A DNA stretch of 63,860 nt from a virus (IMGVR_UViG_3300046366_000135:1-63860); one strand, 5' to 3'. Counted from the first letter of the stretch, positions 28,870 through 39,700 are shown. Numbers and translations are program-made. Notes: generated by a model from the sequence alone, not told the origin.

Positions 28870-29147
28870 GTCTCGGTGATTTTGAGTTTGTCTTTTGATT
28901 TTTCCAAGTACCCTTTCTTGATAAGTCCTCTAGCAGCATTATGTGCATTGATATACTTTAGATTATACACCCGGCACAGATCAGCTAAGTTGAGAATACA
29001 AAAAGGTTTTCCTTCAATAATGAAGCTAATTTTTTCACAGGTCAGTCTGATAGCTTCCATTAACATTGCCTGATTTGCAGTTACATGCCCATCCATCAAC
29101 ATAGCTGTGTCAATTTCGATGGGGTGAATGAAGTCGTTTTTAATCAT
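28839..29147 (-). CDS. winged-HTH DNA-binding protein
   Basis: LADLCRVYNL...AARGLIKKGYLEK. Confidence 0.6.
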   Translation of the reverse strand: MIKNDFIHPIEIDTAMLMDGHVTANQAMLMEAIRLTCEKISFIIEGKPFCILNLADLCRVYNLKYINAHNAARGLIKKGYLEKSKDKLKITETWFDLLASYQ

Positions 29148-29172
29148 AGTATTTTGATTGTAAAAGTACGAA

Positions 29173-30189
29173 TTAAAATTGATTTTGCAAATTTGATTTC
29201 AAAAAATTTAGAATGTGAGTTATAACATCAATCGTCCACCCGTTTCCGATCATTTTGGTTCGCGCAGTTTTTGGAGCAACTGAAGTGTACCCGTCTGGCA
29301 TTGTTTGAAGACGTTCGCACTCCGTAATTGTGAGGTTGCGGTAGTGCAATAAGTCCTCAGTAATCAATCCTGTCCCATTTGCTGTTCCACCCATCTGAGC
29401 CGAGAGTGTAGGGTTCTTACCGTTGACTACAAAAATACGTTCACCTTGACGGTAAGCACGAACAGTATTTCCGTTAGTTCTTTTTGACTTTCCAGTATGC
29501 CCCACGAAAACCAAGTTGTCTTTGCTTACAGTCGTTAATGTGTTTGATTTTCCATCAAGACGATTTTCGATGCACTGAACGATCTTTGGTCGCGCAACGT
29601 CATCCCGAGTCCCATCTTCGTTTAAGTACCGGCCACGCATTCCGGCCACTGTGTCGCCGTCCTCCAAAATGTCCTTTAAAAGGATACCTCTATCCGCTGG
29701 CTGTGAGATATAAAAATTCGCCCAGTATAGTCTCTTGCGGTTTTGGGCAGAAACTAGCGCAGAATTGATTTCTACGGGTTCTACGCCTAAAATTTCAGAG
29801 ATCACTGCAACCCATTCTTTTTTCATCTTCACGTTTTCGAGCAAGAACTTGATGTCAGGGTTGATTTCGCGTAGTTCTTTGAGGATGCGAACGTATTCAA
29901 AGAAAAGAGCAGAGCGAGGATCATCAAAGTTGAGCCTTTTTCCAGATGAACTGAATCCTTGACAAGGCGACCCCCCAATAAGAAGATCAATCTTTGGTAG
30001 ATCGGATGCTTTCACATTCCGTACATCCCCAATTTGGAGCGTATTGGGGAAGTTTTTCATAGTGACTGCAATGGCATGCTTGTCAAGCTCAGAGGCATAA
30101 TAGTTACTAACCGGAATTTCGGCGCGTTGGAGCGCTAATTGGCCGCAACTACAACCGTCAAAAAGTGATAACACATTTACTGGATTCAT
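29173..30189 (-). CDS. C5 cytosine DNA methyltransferase
   Basis: LSLFDG, GGSPCQ, LENV, QNRKR, ECERLQ, GNGW. Confidence 0.95.
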   Translation of the reverse strand: MNPVNVLSLFDGCSCGQLALQRAEIPVSNYYASELDKHAIAVTMKNFPNTLQIGDVRNVKASDLPKIDLLIGGSPCQGFSSSGKRLNFDDPRSALFFEYVRILKELREINPDIKFLLENVKMKKEWVAVISEILGVEPVEINSALVSAQNRKRLYWANFYISQPADRGILLKDILEDGDTVAGMRGRYLNEDGTRDDVARPKIVQCIENRLDGKSNTLTTVSKDNLVFVGHTGKSKRTNGNTVRAYRQGERIFVVNGKNPTLSAQMGGTANGTGLITEDLLHYRNLTITECERLQTMPDGYTSVAPKTARTKMIGNGWTIDVITHILNFLKSNLQNQF

Positions 30190-31559
30190 CGGTCTGATAA
30201 GTTGATTTTAAAGTTAGACAAATTTACTTTCGGAGCAACTAGTTCCTTTCCATTAGATGCAAGAAGATTCATAATCTCCTCATCATTTTCATCAATTTCA
30301 CAGATTATCTGAGTTTCTGGATTGACCTTAAGCCACATGTGATGATCCGGGTGAGGTCTCTTACCCTCACGTTGGGCTTTGATTACTAACTTGAACAACC
30401 CAGCAGCCAGCTCCTCCTCAGTTCCCTCAATCGCATAGATACCACCAGCTAGGGCAATCTTACCAATCGACCGGGAGATACCTGTAGTTTTCTTATTCTT
30501 CTGCTCAATACCCTCCCTATTTAACTGAGAGGCAGTAAAAGAAAACATATTTCTCCTAGTATTCAAGGCGATGGCTTCAACATAAACTTGATCAATGTTT
30601 TCGTGACTACTTTTCTTGTAGTCACTGGGCTTTAGATGATCAATGTCATCATAGATAACAAAGTCGGGAATAAATCCATGCTCAGCTTCAAGTTCATCAA
30701 GGATGTCCTCAACGTCCTCAATAGTACTTCCCGGTTTAAGGTACTGAAGATAGATGTCAGCATTCTCATAAAAAACTAAGCAACGCTCGGCAGCATTATT
30801 CGCTTTTTCCAAATCAAAGTCTTTGAACGATTGGAACGATATATTTTGAAGCCCTCGCTGAGCAAGGTTAGACATACCATTCTCTGTGTCTATGTAGATA
30901 CCTTTAGCTTTGTCTTTACGAACAAAGCCAAGTGCTAGGTTGATAAGATTTGTAGTCTTGAATGATTTCATTTCAGCCATAATGATATACATCTCTGGGC
31001 AATAGAACCCTCCTTTGTTTCTCCAACTGTTCAAAGTGTCCCACTCTGATCTGAAGACTTTGGCCTTGAACTCCTCAACTTTCAACGCATCCTTGAACAA
31101 AAACATGCCTGAAGAATCTTGCTCAGTAAGGCGAGTAATTTTCTTGGCCTGTTTCATAAAGTTGTCATAATCGAACTTAAAAGACAGGTCTTGCACATTC
31201 ATTGCAAACTCACCCATCAGATTAACCAGAGACAATCTTTTAGCTATGTCAATACAATTTGTTTTAACATAATTTAAATCAAACTTTAATGGTTCAAAAC
31301 TTTGATTTATCAATACTTTAACGTAAGTTTGTAAGTCCTCTGTGTCTACACCAAGCTCAAGGGCATGAATATCAAAGTAGTTGATTAGAGTCTCCTTGCT
31401 TTCTGGCAAGGAGTCAAACTGCTTATAGTATTCCTGATAAATTGAGAAAAGAACATTAAGATCAGTATTGAACACATCTGGAACAAACTTCTTAAAAATT
31501 TTCTTTTTAGTCCTGACGTATCGAATTACGTCCATCTGCAAGTTCTCATTTATTTCCAT
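30186..31559 (-). CDS. DnaB-like (SF4) replicative helicase
   Basis: Atypical Walker A AEMKSFKT, YIDTE, YDDID, TASQLNR. Confidence 0.8.
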   Translation of the reverse strand: MEINENLQMDVIRYVRTKKKIFKKFVPDVFNTDLNVLFSIYQEYYKQFDSLPESKETLINYFDIHALELGVDTEDLQTYVKVLINQSFEPLKFDLNYVKTNCIDIAKRLSLVNLMGEFAMNVQDLSFKFDYDNFMKQAKKITRLTEQDSSGMFLFKDALKVEEFKAKVFRSEWDTLNSWRNKGGFYCPEMYIIMAEMKSFKTTNLINLALGFVRKDKAKGIYIDTENGMSNLAQRGLQNISFQSFKDFDLEKANNAAERCLVFYENADIYLQYLKPGSTIEDVEDILDELEAEHGFIPDFVIYDDIDHLKPSDYKKSSHENIDQVYVEAIALNTRRNMFSFTASQLNREGIEQKNKKTTGISRSIGKIALAGGIYAIEGTEEELAAGLFKLVIKAQREGKRPHPDHHMWLKVNPETQIICEIDENDEEIMNLLASNGKELVAPKVNLSNFKINLSDR

Positions 31560-31574
31560 AAATTAGATTTTGCA

Positions 31575-31605
31575 GCAAGGTACAATTTAAAATCTAAACA
31601 TGCAA
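31575..31605 (-). promoter_or_regulatory. Bacteroidota-type promoter variant
   Basis: TTG-N20-TACCTTGC; spacer is close to that of the UvrD promoter. Confidence 0.65.
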
Positions 31606-31613
31606 TTTTAATT

Positions 31614-32075
31614 ATGTCACTTTCACAAGAATTATGGCCAAAGAAAAAAATGGTCAACGGTAATAAGAAAGGAAAACAAAATGAGTGGTTATTAGCTAGA
31701 ACTTTAACTGCATGGTCAGGTGTTTTATTTACGAGGGTTCCCGGCAGTGGTTCATTCTCAAAGAGAATTGATAATCTTAGGTGTGATATTATAGCTGATG
31801 GGTTCGATTTTGGAATTGAAACCAAGCATTACGCTACTATTACTATGACCAAGATTTTCCAGATTTGGGAAAAGGCTAAAACAGAACATCCTAACCCTTT
31901 GTTGTTTATTAGAACTAATGGAACAAAAAGTTGGTTAATATACTCTGAGATCGATTTCAAAATTCCAAATGTTCCACGTGGAACATTATTTGAATACACT
32001 TCAGAAGAGTGGTTAAAAATGGATTATAAAACCGTATGTAGTTATGTCGAAAATGCTTCCATCAGGCCGTCCTAA
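31614..32075 (+). CDS. Holliday junction resolvase (Hjc-like PD-(D/E)xK)
   Basis: KKGKQNE, RVPGSG, CDII, IETK. Confidence 0.85.
   Translation: MSLSQELWPKKKMVNGNKKGKQNEWLLARTLTAWSGVLFTRVPGSGSFSKRIDNLRCDIIADGFDFGIETKHYATITMTKIFQIWEKAKTEHPNPLLFIRTNGTKSWLIYSEIDFKIPNVPRGTLFEYTSEEWLKMDYKTVCSYVENASIRPS
31970..31985. promoter_or_regulatory. parS site (perfect palindrome)
   Basis: TGTTCCACGTGGAACA, extended to a 20-bp palindrome at 31968-31987. Confidence 0.85.
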
Positions 32076-32604
32076 TCTAAATAGGCAACAGGCTTTAGAA
32101 CTTTTAGGTGAGTGGGATTTTGATGTCCATCCCATTGCAATTCTAGGTATCCGAGGTTACTATGAAAATAGTATGGGAAAACCTAATCAAAATGACATTG
32201 GTATTTATGACGATGCCTGCTGTGTGATCACTAAAGAAAAATTCCGAACATTCAATTTCAATACTGATCCTTCCAGCATGGGTGAGGGTAGGGCAATGTT
32301 GGACTTAGGCACTTGGCACTCATATAAACTTGGAAAACACAAGAATCAATACCTAGCTGTTGTTCAAAGAATGGCTAAGGTACGAGTTATCAGAAAGGAT
32401 AGTTCAGCTCCAAAAGGATTTAGATATGCTACTGGTTGGTTTGGAATAAACATTCATAAGGGTGGGGTAAACACAACCGGGTCTTTAGGTTGTCAGACAA
32501 TCCCACCATCTCAATGGGAAGAGTTCATCCATCTTGTAGAATCTTCTCAGAAAAATCTTGGCCGCAAAGACGGCTTAATCTCTTACAAGCTAATTCAGAA
32601 CTAA
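32044..32604 (+). CDS. YkuD/L,D-transpeptidase-like peptidoglycan enzyme, probable endolysin
   Basis: GINIH-x7-SLGCQ catalytic motif; close to holin-like genes. Confidence 0.7.
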   Translation: MSKMLPSGRPNLNRQQALELLGEWDFDVHPIAILGIRGYYENSMGKPNQNDIGIYDDACCVITKEKFRTFNFNTDPSSMGEGRAMLDLGTWHSYKLGKHKNQYLAVVQRMAKVRVIRKDSSAPKGFRYATGWFGINIHKGGVNTTGSLGCQTIPPSQWEEFIHLVESSQKNLGRKDGLISYKLIQN

Positions 32605-32738
32605 TGGAATGGTTGTATATCGCACTAGGTAGCCTAGCAGCTACGATTGGTCTATTTGCTCTATTACTGAAGCTTATTGCCCACTCTTTGACTAACGTAA
32701 TAGAATACATAATTGCTACCTTATTCAGATTATTCTAA
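32604..32738 (+). CDS. small membrane protein
   Basis: MEWLYIALGSLAATIGLFALLLKL..., start overlaps the upstream stop. Confidence 0.5.
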   Translation: MEWLYIALGSLAATIGLFALLLKLIAHSLTNVIEYIIATLFRLF

Positions 32739-32753
32739 ACAAGGTAGCAATTA
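32710..32753. terminator. hairpin between convergent operons
   Basis: TAATTGCTACCTT / AAGGTAGCAATTA 13-bp inverted repeat. Confidence 0.65.
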
Positions 32754-33053
32754 TTACTTAGTTTCAGTATCAACAGTCAGTGTAACTTGCTTAGGAGCAG
32801 TGAACCCAGCAATGATGCTAGAGGTACGTGGGGAAATCAAAATCATCAAAGCGTAGTTAATCCAAGTAGCAACGGTTTTGAAGATAGGTGCAAGGCACCA
32901 TCCCAATTCCTCACAATTCAGCAAGAATCCTGCAATGGTCAAAAGACCTAACTGCACTGCAATGAAGATTTTTGGGTTTTTAATTTTTAGTTTATCCAGC
33001 AACCCAGCCAGAATTACCTGAATCAGATCAGGCTCTTTTTTTACAACAGACAT
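32754..33053 (-). CDS. holin-like membrane protein
   Basis: Two TM segments; last gene of the late operon. Confidence 0.55.
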   Translation of the reverse strand: MSVVKKEPDLIQVILAGLLDKLKIKNPKIFIAVQLGLLTIAGFLLNCEELGWCLAPIFKTVATWINYALMILISPRTSSIIAGFTAPKQVTLTVDTETK

Positions 33054-33058
33054 AGTTT

Positions 33059-33286
33059 TTATTTTTGTTGATCAACAATTTTTTCTAATTCTCTTACCCG
33101 GCTCAAGAGACGGTCAGAAAATTCTTGTTCAGCTTTCAGCATTCTTTTGAGGGCTTCTTTTTCCTGAACATGCTCGTCCTCCTGAGCTTTGTACTTAGCC
33201 ACTACGTGCGATGTGTAGGCAGTAGCGACAGCAGTAATTACGGTTGCTAACCCACCACATATGGCAGATAGTACGGCAATAGACAT
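33059..33286 (-). CDS. TM + coiled-coil protein (holin/antiholin-like)
   Basis: N-terminal TM followed by a charged coiled coil. Confidence 0.5.
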   Translation of the reverse strand: MSIAVLSAICGGLATVITAVATAYTSHVVAKYKAQEDEHVQEKEALKRMLKAEQEFSDRLLSRVRELEKIVDQQK

Positions 33287-33288
33287 TT

Positions 33289-34215
33289 TTACAAGATAAT
33301 TTCATTATGGACTTTGAATGAGTCTTGGAAAACCTCAACACGTGCAAAGCCATGATTCCACTTACTTTTTCCAGCGTACTTAGGGTCTAGCTTACATAGA
33401 CAACCAGTAGCCCAGGCCCCAACATACTCATCGTTCAATTTACGGTCAATGTCTGTTTGAGTCCGGTGGAAGTGGCCAAGTACCACATTTGTCCCAGCTT
33501 TCAAACGAGTCGATCTTGCATGGTAAATTCCTCCTCCAAACATGGATTTATATTCGTGTCCATGAACAATGTGTAGATGACTTACTTTAGCAATTTGGTT
33601 TTCCTCAACATGAATAATTCCCAAATTCTCTAAATCAAGTTTTTCACTCAAACTCAAAGTAATGTCAGACATCTCAGGCGCATTGTTAACCATGTAATCA
33701 ACAAAACGTTTTTCATGGTTCCCCTCTTTGTAGTAAATTGAGGCTTGAGGGAAAAGCTCTCTGACTTTTACAAGAAACTCTTTGGTGATTTTTATTTCAT
33801 CAGACATGGATGGAACATGCTTCCCGTTTTGAAATCTGGAAATCCTCTCGCAGTCCATAATATCACCATTAAGATAAACAGCATTTACTCGGTGATTGAT
33901 TCCATACCTTAGAGAATACAGTAATGCGTCCTTATGATGACGTGGGAAGTGAATGTCTGATAGGACTAAGATATTGTCCCCTTGAATTTCAATAGGAGCA
34001 ATAGCTTCATCAAACCCGTCATCAAAGTCACTAAAAACTGTATCAACCACAAGATCATCATTCAAGTCAAGTTCGTTATTTTCTAACGCTCTGACATAGA
34101 TAGTTGCTGCTCTGGCTTCTTGTTCGGAAATACCTAATTGTTCTGCAATTTTAGTCCTCCCAAAGCCTTGCTTAGCTAATTCAATAGCATTTTGAAATTT
34201 CTCATTCATACTCAA
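33289..34215 (-). CDS. metallophosphoesterase with N-terminal HTH
   Basis: GRTKIAEQLGISE; SDIH, NGDIMD, GNHE, HGH, GHFH. Confidence 0.88.
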   Translation of the reverse strand: MSMNEKFQNAIELAKQGFGRTKIAEQLGISEQEARAATIYVRALENNELDLNDDLVVDTVFSDFDDGFDEAIAPIEIQGDNILVLSDIHFPRHHKDALLYSLRYGINHRVNAVYLNGDIMDCERISRFQNGKHVPSMSDEIKITKEFLVKVRELFPQASIYYKEGNHEKRFVDYMVNNAPEMSDITLSLSEKLDLENLGIIHVEENQIAKVSHLHIVHGHEYKSMFGGGIYHARSTRLKAGTNVVLGHFHRTQTDIDRKLNDEYVGAWATGCLCKLDPKYAGKSKWNHGFARVEVFQDSFKVHNEIIL

Positions 34216-35530
34216 CGGTATAAGTTTCTGTTTTATATCCGCAAGTTAGTGATTTCAGTTTGAAAGTATCAGAAATTTTAGAAATATTTTCAGCAATTTC
34301 TTGGAAATTGTCGTAGAAATACTTACTTTTAAAAGTTGGTGTATATTGTTTTATTTTGAACAAAACATCTTCATAGTGTTCTTTAGCTGAGTCGCCTTGG
34401 CCTGAATAGATACCTGTAATGTCTCCAACAATAGTCATTGATAGTTCATGTGTTCCCAACTTAATTGAGTGCATAAACAAAGCTCCTTTGTAGACTTCAA
34501 CAGTCTTTTCCAAAAGCTCAGTCAATAAAGGCAGCCCATAACCGTATTGCTCATCCCGACCTTTTACTCCAAGATCAACCGACTTCTCAGAAAGCAGTTT
34601 TATGATCTCTTTATTTGTCAATTTAGGACGACATGAAGCTATGATAGCACAGACTGCCCCAGCGTGTGGAGTACTCATACTAGTTCCAGAAATAGTTTCA
34701 AATCCACCATCTAACCAAGTGGAGTAAATAGATTCTCCCGGAGTTGAGATATAAACCTGAGCACCAAAAGTAGAGTAACTTGATCTAGTTAAGGTTTTTC
34801 CTTTTTGCGTCAAAGAGCCAATACCCAAAGTCCATTGAGAACTCCCCGGATAATTAACCCCAGCTTTTCCAGTATTACCAGCAGCAGCAACAGTTAAAAC
34901 TCCCATATCATAGGCTTGTTTCAACAATTTATCTGTACTGTTCCACGTGGAACTTCCACCACCTAAAGAGAAATTGTAAATAACGAAATAGCCTTTAGAG
35001 ATAAATTCCTGGGCTTTTTCATTTGCCCATTTGATGCCTTGGTCAATAACAAATATTGTTCCATTGCCTTTTTCAAGAACTTTTACAGGTACAAGTTCAA
35101 TCAAATCTCGTTCTATCAAAGGCTTACAAAGACCAATATCCATTCCTTCTTTTACCGCTACATAAGAACCAGCTACATGTGTACCGTGACCTCCGTCATC
35201 CTTTTTATTGACAAATGATGAGAATGAAAGTCCTTTATTTGCTGCTTGATTAGCCGGGTGATTGTTATTTCCAGAAGTATCAAATACAAACACAACAACC
35301 TTACGACTTGCTGAAGTTTTGATGTAGTCATAGTTATCCTCAACACCTAAAGCTTTATAAGCCCAGTTCTCAGCAGACAAAGCCCCAATTTGTGGAACCG
35401 TTTCGATAGGCTCCAAAACTACGTCAAAGTTCTTTTGATCTTTGTCTGCCTTTAGTTTTGCAGCAATGATGTGAGCAAGTTGGCCAGAGCCATGAGGGGC
35501 ATTGAGGCCATAACGAATAGCATTAAGCAT
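34202..35530 (-). CDS. subtilisin-family (S8) serine protease
   Basis: Triad FDT, GHGTHVAG, GTSMSTPH; oxyanion AAAGN. Confidence 0.93.
   Translation of the reverse strand: MLNAIRYGLNAPHGSGQLAHIIAAKLKADKDQKNFDVVLEPIETVPQIGALSAENWAYKALGVEDNYDYIKTSASRKVVVFVFDTSGNNNHPANQAANKGLSFSSFVNKKDDGGHGTHVAGSYVAVKEGMDIGLCKPLIERDLIELVPVKVLEKGNGTIFVIDQGIKWANEKAQEFISKGYFVIYNFSLGGGSSTWNSTDKLLKQAYDMGVLTVAAAGNTGKAGVNYPGSSQWTLGIGSLTQKGKTLTRSSYSTFGAQVYISTPGESIYSTWLDGGFETISGTSMSTPHAGAVCAIIASCRPKLTNKEIIKLLSEKSVDLGVKGRDEQYGYGLPLLTELLEKTVEVYKGALFMHSIKLGTHELSMTIVGDITGIYSGQGDSAKEHYEDVLFKIKQYTPTFKSKYFYDNFQEIAENISKISDTFKLKSLTCGYKTETYTVEYE
34939..34954. promoter_or_regulatory. parS-like site (1 mismatch)
   Basis: TGTTCCACGTGGAACT. 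Confidence 0.75.
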
Positions 35531-35627
35531 ATATGCGTATTTTAGTGTTTGGGTTTGGTTTTTTAGATTCTAAAGCTAAGGCCCTTCTCTTTTTGGCTTC
35601 AGCTACTTTTTCTTTGATAGACTTCAT
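35523..35627 (-). CDS. 34-aa basic peptide (not in ORF track)
   Basis: MKSIKEKVAEAKKRRALALESKKPNPNTKIRIYA; exactly fills the gap and overlaps both neighbours. Confidence 0.45.
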   Translation of the reverse strand: MKSIKEKVAEAKKRRALALESKKPNPNTKIRIYA

Positions 35628-36277
35628 CACTTTATTTTATATCCGTAAATAGTTGTTTTCTGAGAAGTCACTCCACCAAAGTTACCATCATCATCTTTTC
35701 CTCCAAACCACAACCAGATTTCTTTGGAAGGAGCCCATTTGTAATCAACCTCATCGGCTTCAATGTACCAAAGCAATTGTCCAGTAGTGTTGTAAGCTGA
35801 AACACAGGGAAGTAACTTGTTTTTATTGAATTTCTTGAACTCAAGATACAACCCATAAACTTCAGTTACGTTAAAAACTTTCAAAGACTGGTAAGCAAAA
35901 GCAAAATCCTTGTTTTGATAAAGGCAAAGCTCCATCATTAAAGAATCAGCCGTGGGCCTAGCAGCGAACATTACTCCGTTTTTGTTGTGCTGTTCAAGTA
36001 AAGGACTCACACCAAAAATCTTGTAATTCCAGTCATACACATCACTGTCTACTTCACCATTTGGAAGCTTCCAACTGAACCAAGTATTTGGATCAAAACG
36101 AACACACGATGTAGGTGTACTTCTACCACCAAGCAGCCAGTATAGTCTAGGCTTAATTGTGGAAGGACGGAAATCATGCTCACCCTTTTCCGCTGTGTAT
36201 TCTCTTAAGTAATTTTCATACTTTTGAGAAAAGCCAAGGATGGGTAATAAAAGCAACAGCAGGATTCGAGTTATCAT
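35627..36277 (-). CDS. exported hypothetical protein
   Basis: Signal peptide MITRILLLLLLPILGFS|Q; Trp-rich, beta-type sequence. Confidence 0.7.
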   Translation of the reverse strand: MITRILLLLLLPILGFSQKYENYLREYTAEKGEHDFRPSTIKPRLYWLLGGRSTPTSCVRFDPNTWFSWKLPNGEVDSDVYDWNYKIFGVSPLLEQHNKNGVMFAARPTADSLMMELCLYQNKDFAFAYQSLKVFNVTEVYGLYLEFKKFNKNKLLPCVSAYNTTGQLLWYIEADEVDYKWAPSKEIWLWFGGKDDDGNFGGVTSQKTTIYGYKIK

Positions 36278-36714
36278 TCTTTTTTATTTAGTCGTTGCAG
36301 AATGGTTTCATAAGTTTCTTCGGGTACTATAGGCACAACTGGTTTAGGATTTGGGTCTTCATCCTGTTCAACAATATGCCGATAGCATTTACTACAAATA
36401 CTCTTACGAGTTTGTATAGTCCATGAGCATCGAATACCCGGAGCGTGCATTACAGCACAGCTAATTGAGAAACCAGCGCCGAAACCATTGGAATAAGAGC
36501 CAGGTTCACTGCTATACCATTTGTGAGCACAACTATCAACACCGACTTCCAGAGTATCAATAGGATACCAGATAGTTTCTGGTACATAAAGATTGCGTAG
36601 AAATGGCATTTCAGCAGTTGTAAGTAGGCTATTGCTACCTGAGATGATGTAGCCGGTTTGGCCACTTAGAGTAAGCGACAACAAACCAGCTACAAGTATT
36701 AGAATGTTTTTCAT
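36274..36714 (-). CDS. exported Cys-containing hypothetical protein
   Basis: Signal peptide MKNILILVAGLLSLTLSG|Q; CAHKW and CSKC. Confidence 0.65.
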   Translation of the reverse strand: MKNILILVAGLLSLTLSGQTGYIISGSNSLLTTAEMPFLRNLYVPETIWYPIDTLEVGVDSCAHKWYSSEPGSYSNGFGAGFSISCAVMHAPGIRCSWTIQTRKSICSKCYRHIVEQDEDPNPKPVVPIVPEETYETILQRLNKKE

Positions 36715-36717
36715 TGG

Positions 36718-39700
36718 TTATTTGATGATCCAGTCGAAAGTTACGCCTGTAGAAGTTATTGCAGCTTTGGTACTAGTATCGTAAGCTCTTACGGTGAAAG
36801 TAGTAGCGGTCTTCGCGGTAATAGTGTAGCCAACTCCTAAAGTAGTTCCAGTCCCCTGAATATCCACCACATAGTTAGTGTGGTTTTTATTGTGGGTAAT
36901 TACAACATCCCCAGAGCCATCGGTAGAAGCACTTGAGCTACCTTTATCATTAGTAGCGTTATCCACTACTACCCAACGATATGTAGTAGGCCCAGTTCCT
37001 ACAATATTGCACACAAACTCGGTAGGTTTAGTGAGATGCATAGTAGCTGTAGAAGCTCCATCCAGCTCGATTGAACCTGTGGCATTGATATTGTAGCTAG
37101 TATTTAAATCGCGTGGGGAAAGCAAAATAGATTTACCAAACGCTCCAGCATTTGCAGTAGGTAAAGGAATATCTGTATCCGCAGAAGCACCACTAGTAAG
37201 CTCTACAACAGCCGAGTATCTTTGATAGTTACTTGTACCAAAAGCAGACAAAGAAGGAGTTCCTGTGGTGAACTGACCGTCTACAAGCGTAGTAGATCGA
37301 GATACCCAGCCTGTATTCCCCGTACCCGTTTCCTTAAAGTAAATAGTAGTTCCGGCCCCACCTAATGTATTTATGTAGATAGAGCCGGGTGGGGCTGTCA
37401 CTACTGTTTCTGGTGATCCTGACCCACGATAAGTTAAAGTTACATCTAAGACGACCCCTGATGTAGGCGTGTACAGTAGGCGGGTTCCATCTGTGCTAGG
37501 TTCTAGTAATCCTTCCTCTGTGATTGTTTTTTGAGTATGTCCAGATAGAGTAAATTTTAATGGGCCTGTGTTGGCTGCTGCTGAACCTGCTGGCAAATGT
37601 AGTCTTGCAGTGGGGTTTTGGCTATTCACCCCGCCTATTCCTACTCTACCTGTATTTGTTACTAAAAAATGGTTCGTTCCACTTGATGGGTCGGAAGCGT
37701 TTGAATTGAGTTTTACACGCCCATCACTTGCGTCAAGTCCAAAAGACCAATATTCGACTGAAGTGTTGCCGAAAAACAACGACGCATCTGCATTACTACC
37801 CGTTGCGAGTACTGTCATTGTGGCTTTTGCATTTGTCGCTGAACTTGTGTTGTATAGTAAGCCCTGTAGGCCTGTTGAACTAGATACAGAAATATCTAAA
37901 GGAGTGGACGAACCCGTTACTGTTCCAGTTATATTCAACGCGTTTGATCCTGTAAAGTTAGATAGGATGTTTAGACCTGTTCCGGTTATTCCTGTTTCAA
38001 CAAACACAGGTTTCTGAAAAACAAATTTACTCCCAGTCGTTGCGTTAAATGAATTTGTTCCATCTGCTCCAATAGTCCAATTTATTTCTTTTGTTGCTTC
38101 TGAGTTTAAAAACCTCCATACGGCTGAACTGGTAGCAGTTGCGGTACTTTTAAATCCTCCTGCTCTTGAGAAAGATAAAAGGTCCGTATCGTCTGAAGCC
38201 AACAAATTATAACTATCTGCGCGATATGTCCAAACCCCTGATTTTATATCTTTTCGACCTTCCCATGATGCAGGTCTAAATACAGTGCCATCAGTAAGCC
38301 TAACTTCAGGTGCGTGGAACTCTTGCCAGTAATACCCAGCACCCGGAAAGGGCATGTAGTGTCTTTCGATACCTAGTCTGATATTACTATTGTCTCCCGT
38401 AGAGCTATTATCCCAATTAAAACCTAGTGAAATTACTTCATTTGGCCGTGACTGCCTATCAGGTAGCCTTGTTTTATCATACCACAACCCCGCGTTTCCT
38501 GTTCCTGCATCAAGCGAACTGAAAATTATCTTCTTGTTGTCAGTGGAATCGAGTTTCACGTTCAACGCCCGAACCGAAACGGTTGAACCATCGTAGGTCG
38601 CGTTGCCATTGCCAGCAAATGCGCCGGAACTGTTGTATTGCAATTGAGTATTAGAACCTCCAGGTGTTCCGCTCCCCCCACTCGCATCCCGTCCAGCCCA
38701 TTTACTCCCCGTCCAAGTAAGCACCTGATTAGTTGAAGCCCCCGCGCCCACAAGGTCGTTTGGCGAAAGGTTTGCTGCTTTGGTGCTGTCTACGGCGTTT
38801 GATGCCAGTTTTGCCGTAGAGATTGCACCGTTGTCTACCGTCCATGTTGAACCAGAGCCAGAAACAGTAATATCCCCTTTGTCGCCGTCTGAGATTCCAC
38901 CACCGCCTGATGGGGTTGAAATCCAGACAGGTACACCTGATTGCCACTCAATCATTTTGTTTCCTGATCCTGGAGAGGAGTTGGGAAAGACGTATTTGTT
39001 GTTGTAAAAGCTTATTCGGTTGCTCGTTGTGTCTGTGTCTAGGTTGTCGACTCGCAACCAGTCGAATTTAGTGCTAGAGTTGTAGAAGTTGGTTTGAAGC
39101 AACCAGGATTTAGTAGGTGCAATTATTGTACTTTGTCCTGATGTTTGCGATTTGTAGGCAAACCCAGAAATATGTGCTCTCCCGCCACCAGATATAGAAT
39201 CTGACTTAAATTGAAGGTAATTATACATCCTGCTACTTGAATCTATTTGTACTCTGTGTCGTAAAATAAAGTCACCAGAAGCCCTTCTTAAATCTAGGTC
39301 ATAAAAAACGCCCGTATTTACAGTAGCGTTTCTTTCCGCTAGAGCATTAAAATTAATTGAATAAGTTCTATTTGAAGGTCCATAAATATAATGCCCCCAG
39401 GTCAAGTTACTATAATTATTTTTCGTGTCTGTTTTAGATGTTTGAAATGTAAAAAACCCGTCATTATTGTACTGCCCATCTGCCGAGAAATACAAACCCA
39501 GTTTTTTATTATTTTGGGTTCCATTTATATTTACATAATCACCATTTGCCCCACCTAAATTTATTGTTCGTGAACTTGAAATTGTCCCGTCTTGGTTATA
39601 AATACTATTATCTGTAGCATACCCCGTCGTTCCTGTCGACGAATTGTATTTCAAGACCTGTTGATCTGTTGCACCGGACACACCTAATTTAACGGGTGAA

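Noticed and set aside
38553-38568. Fifth parS-like site AGTTTCACGTTCAACG
   Set aside because: About four mismatches and not palindromic.
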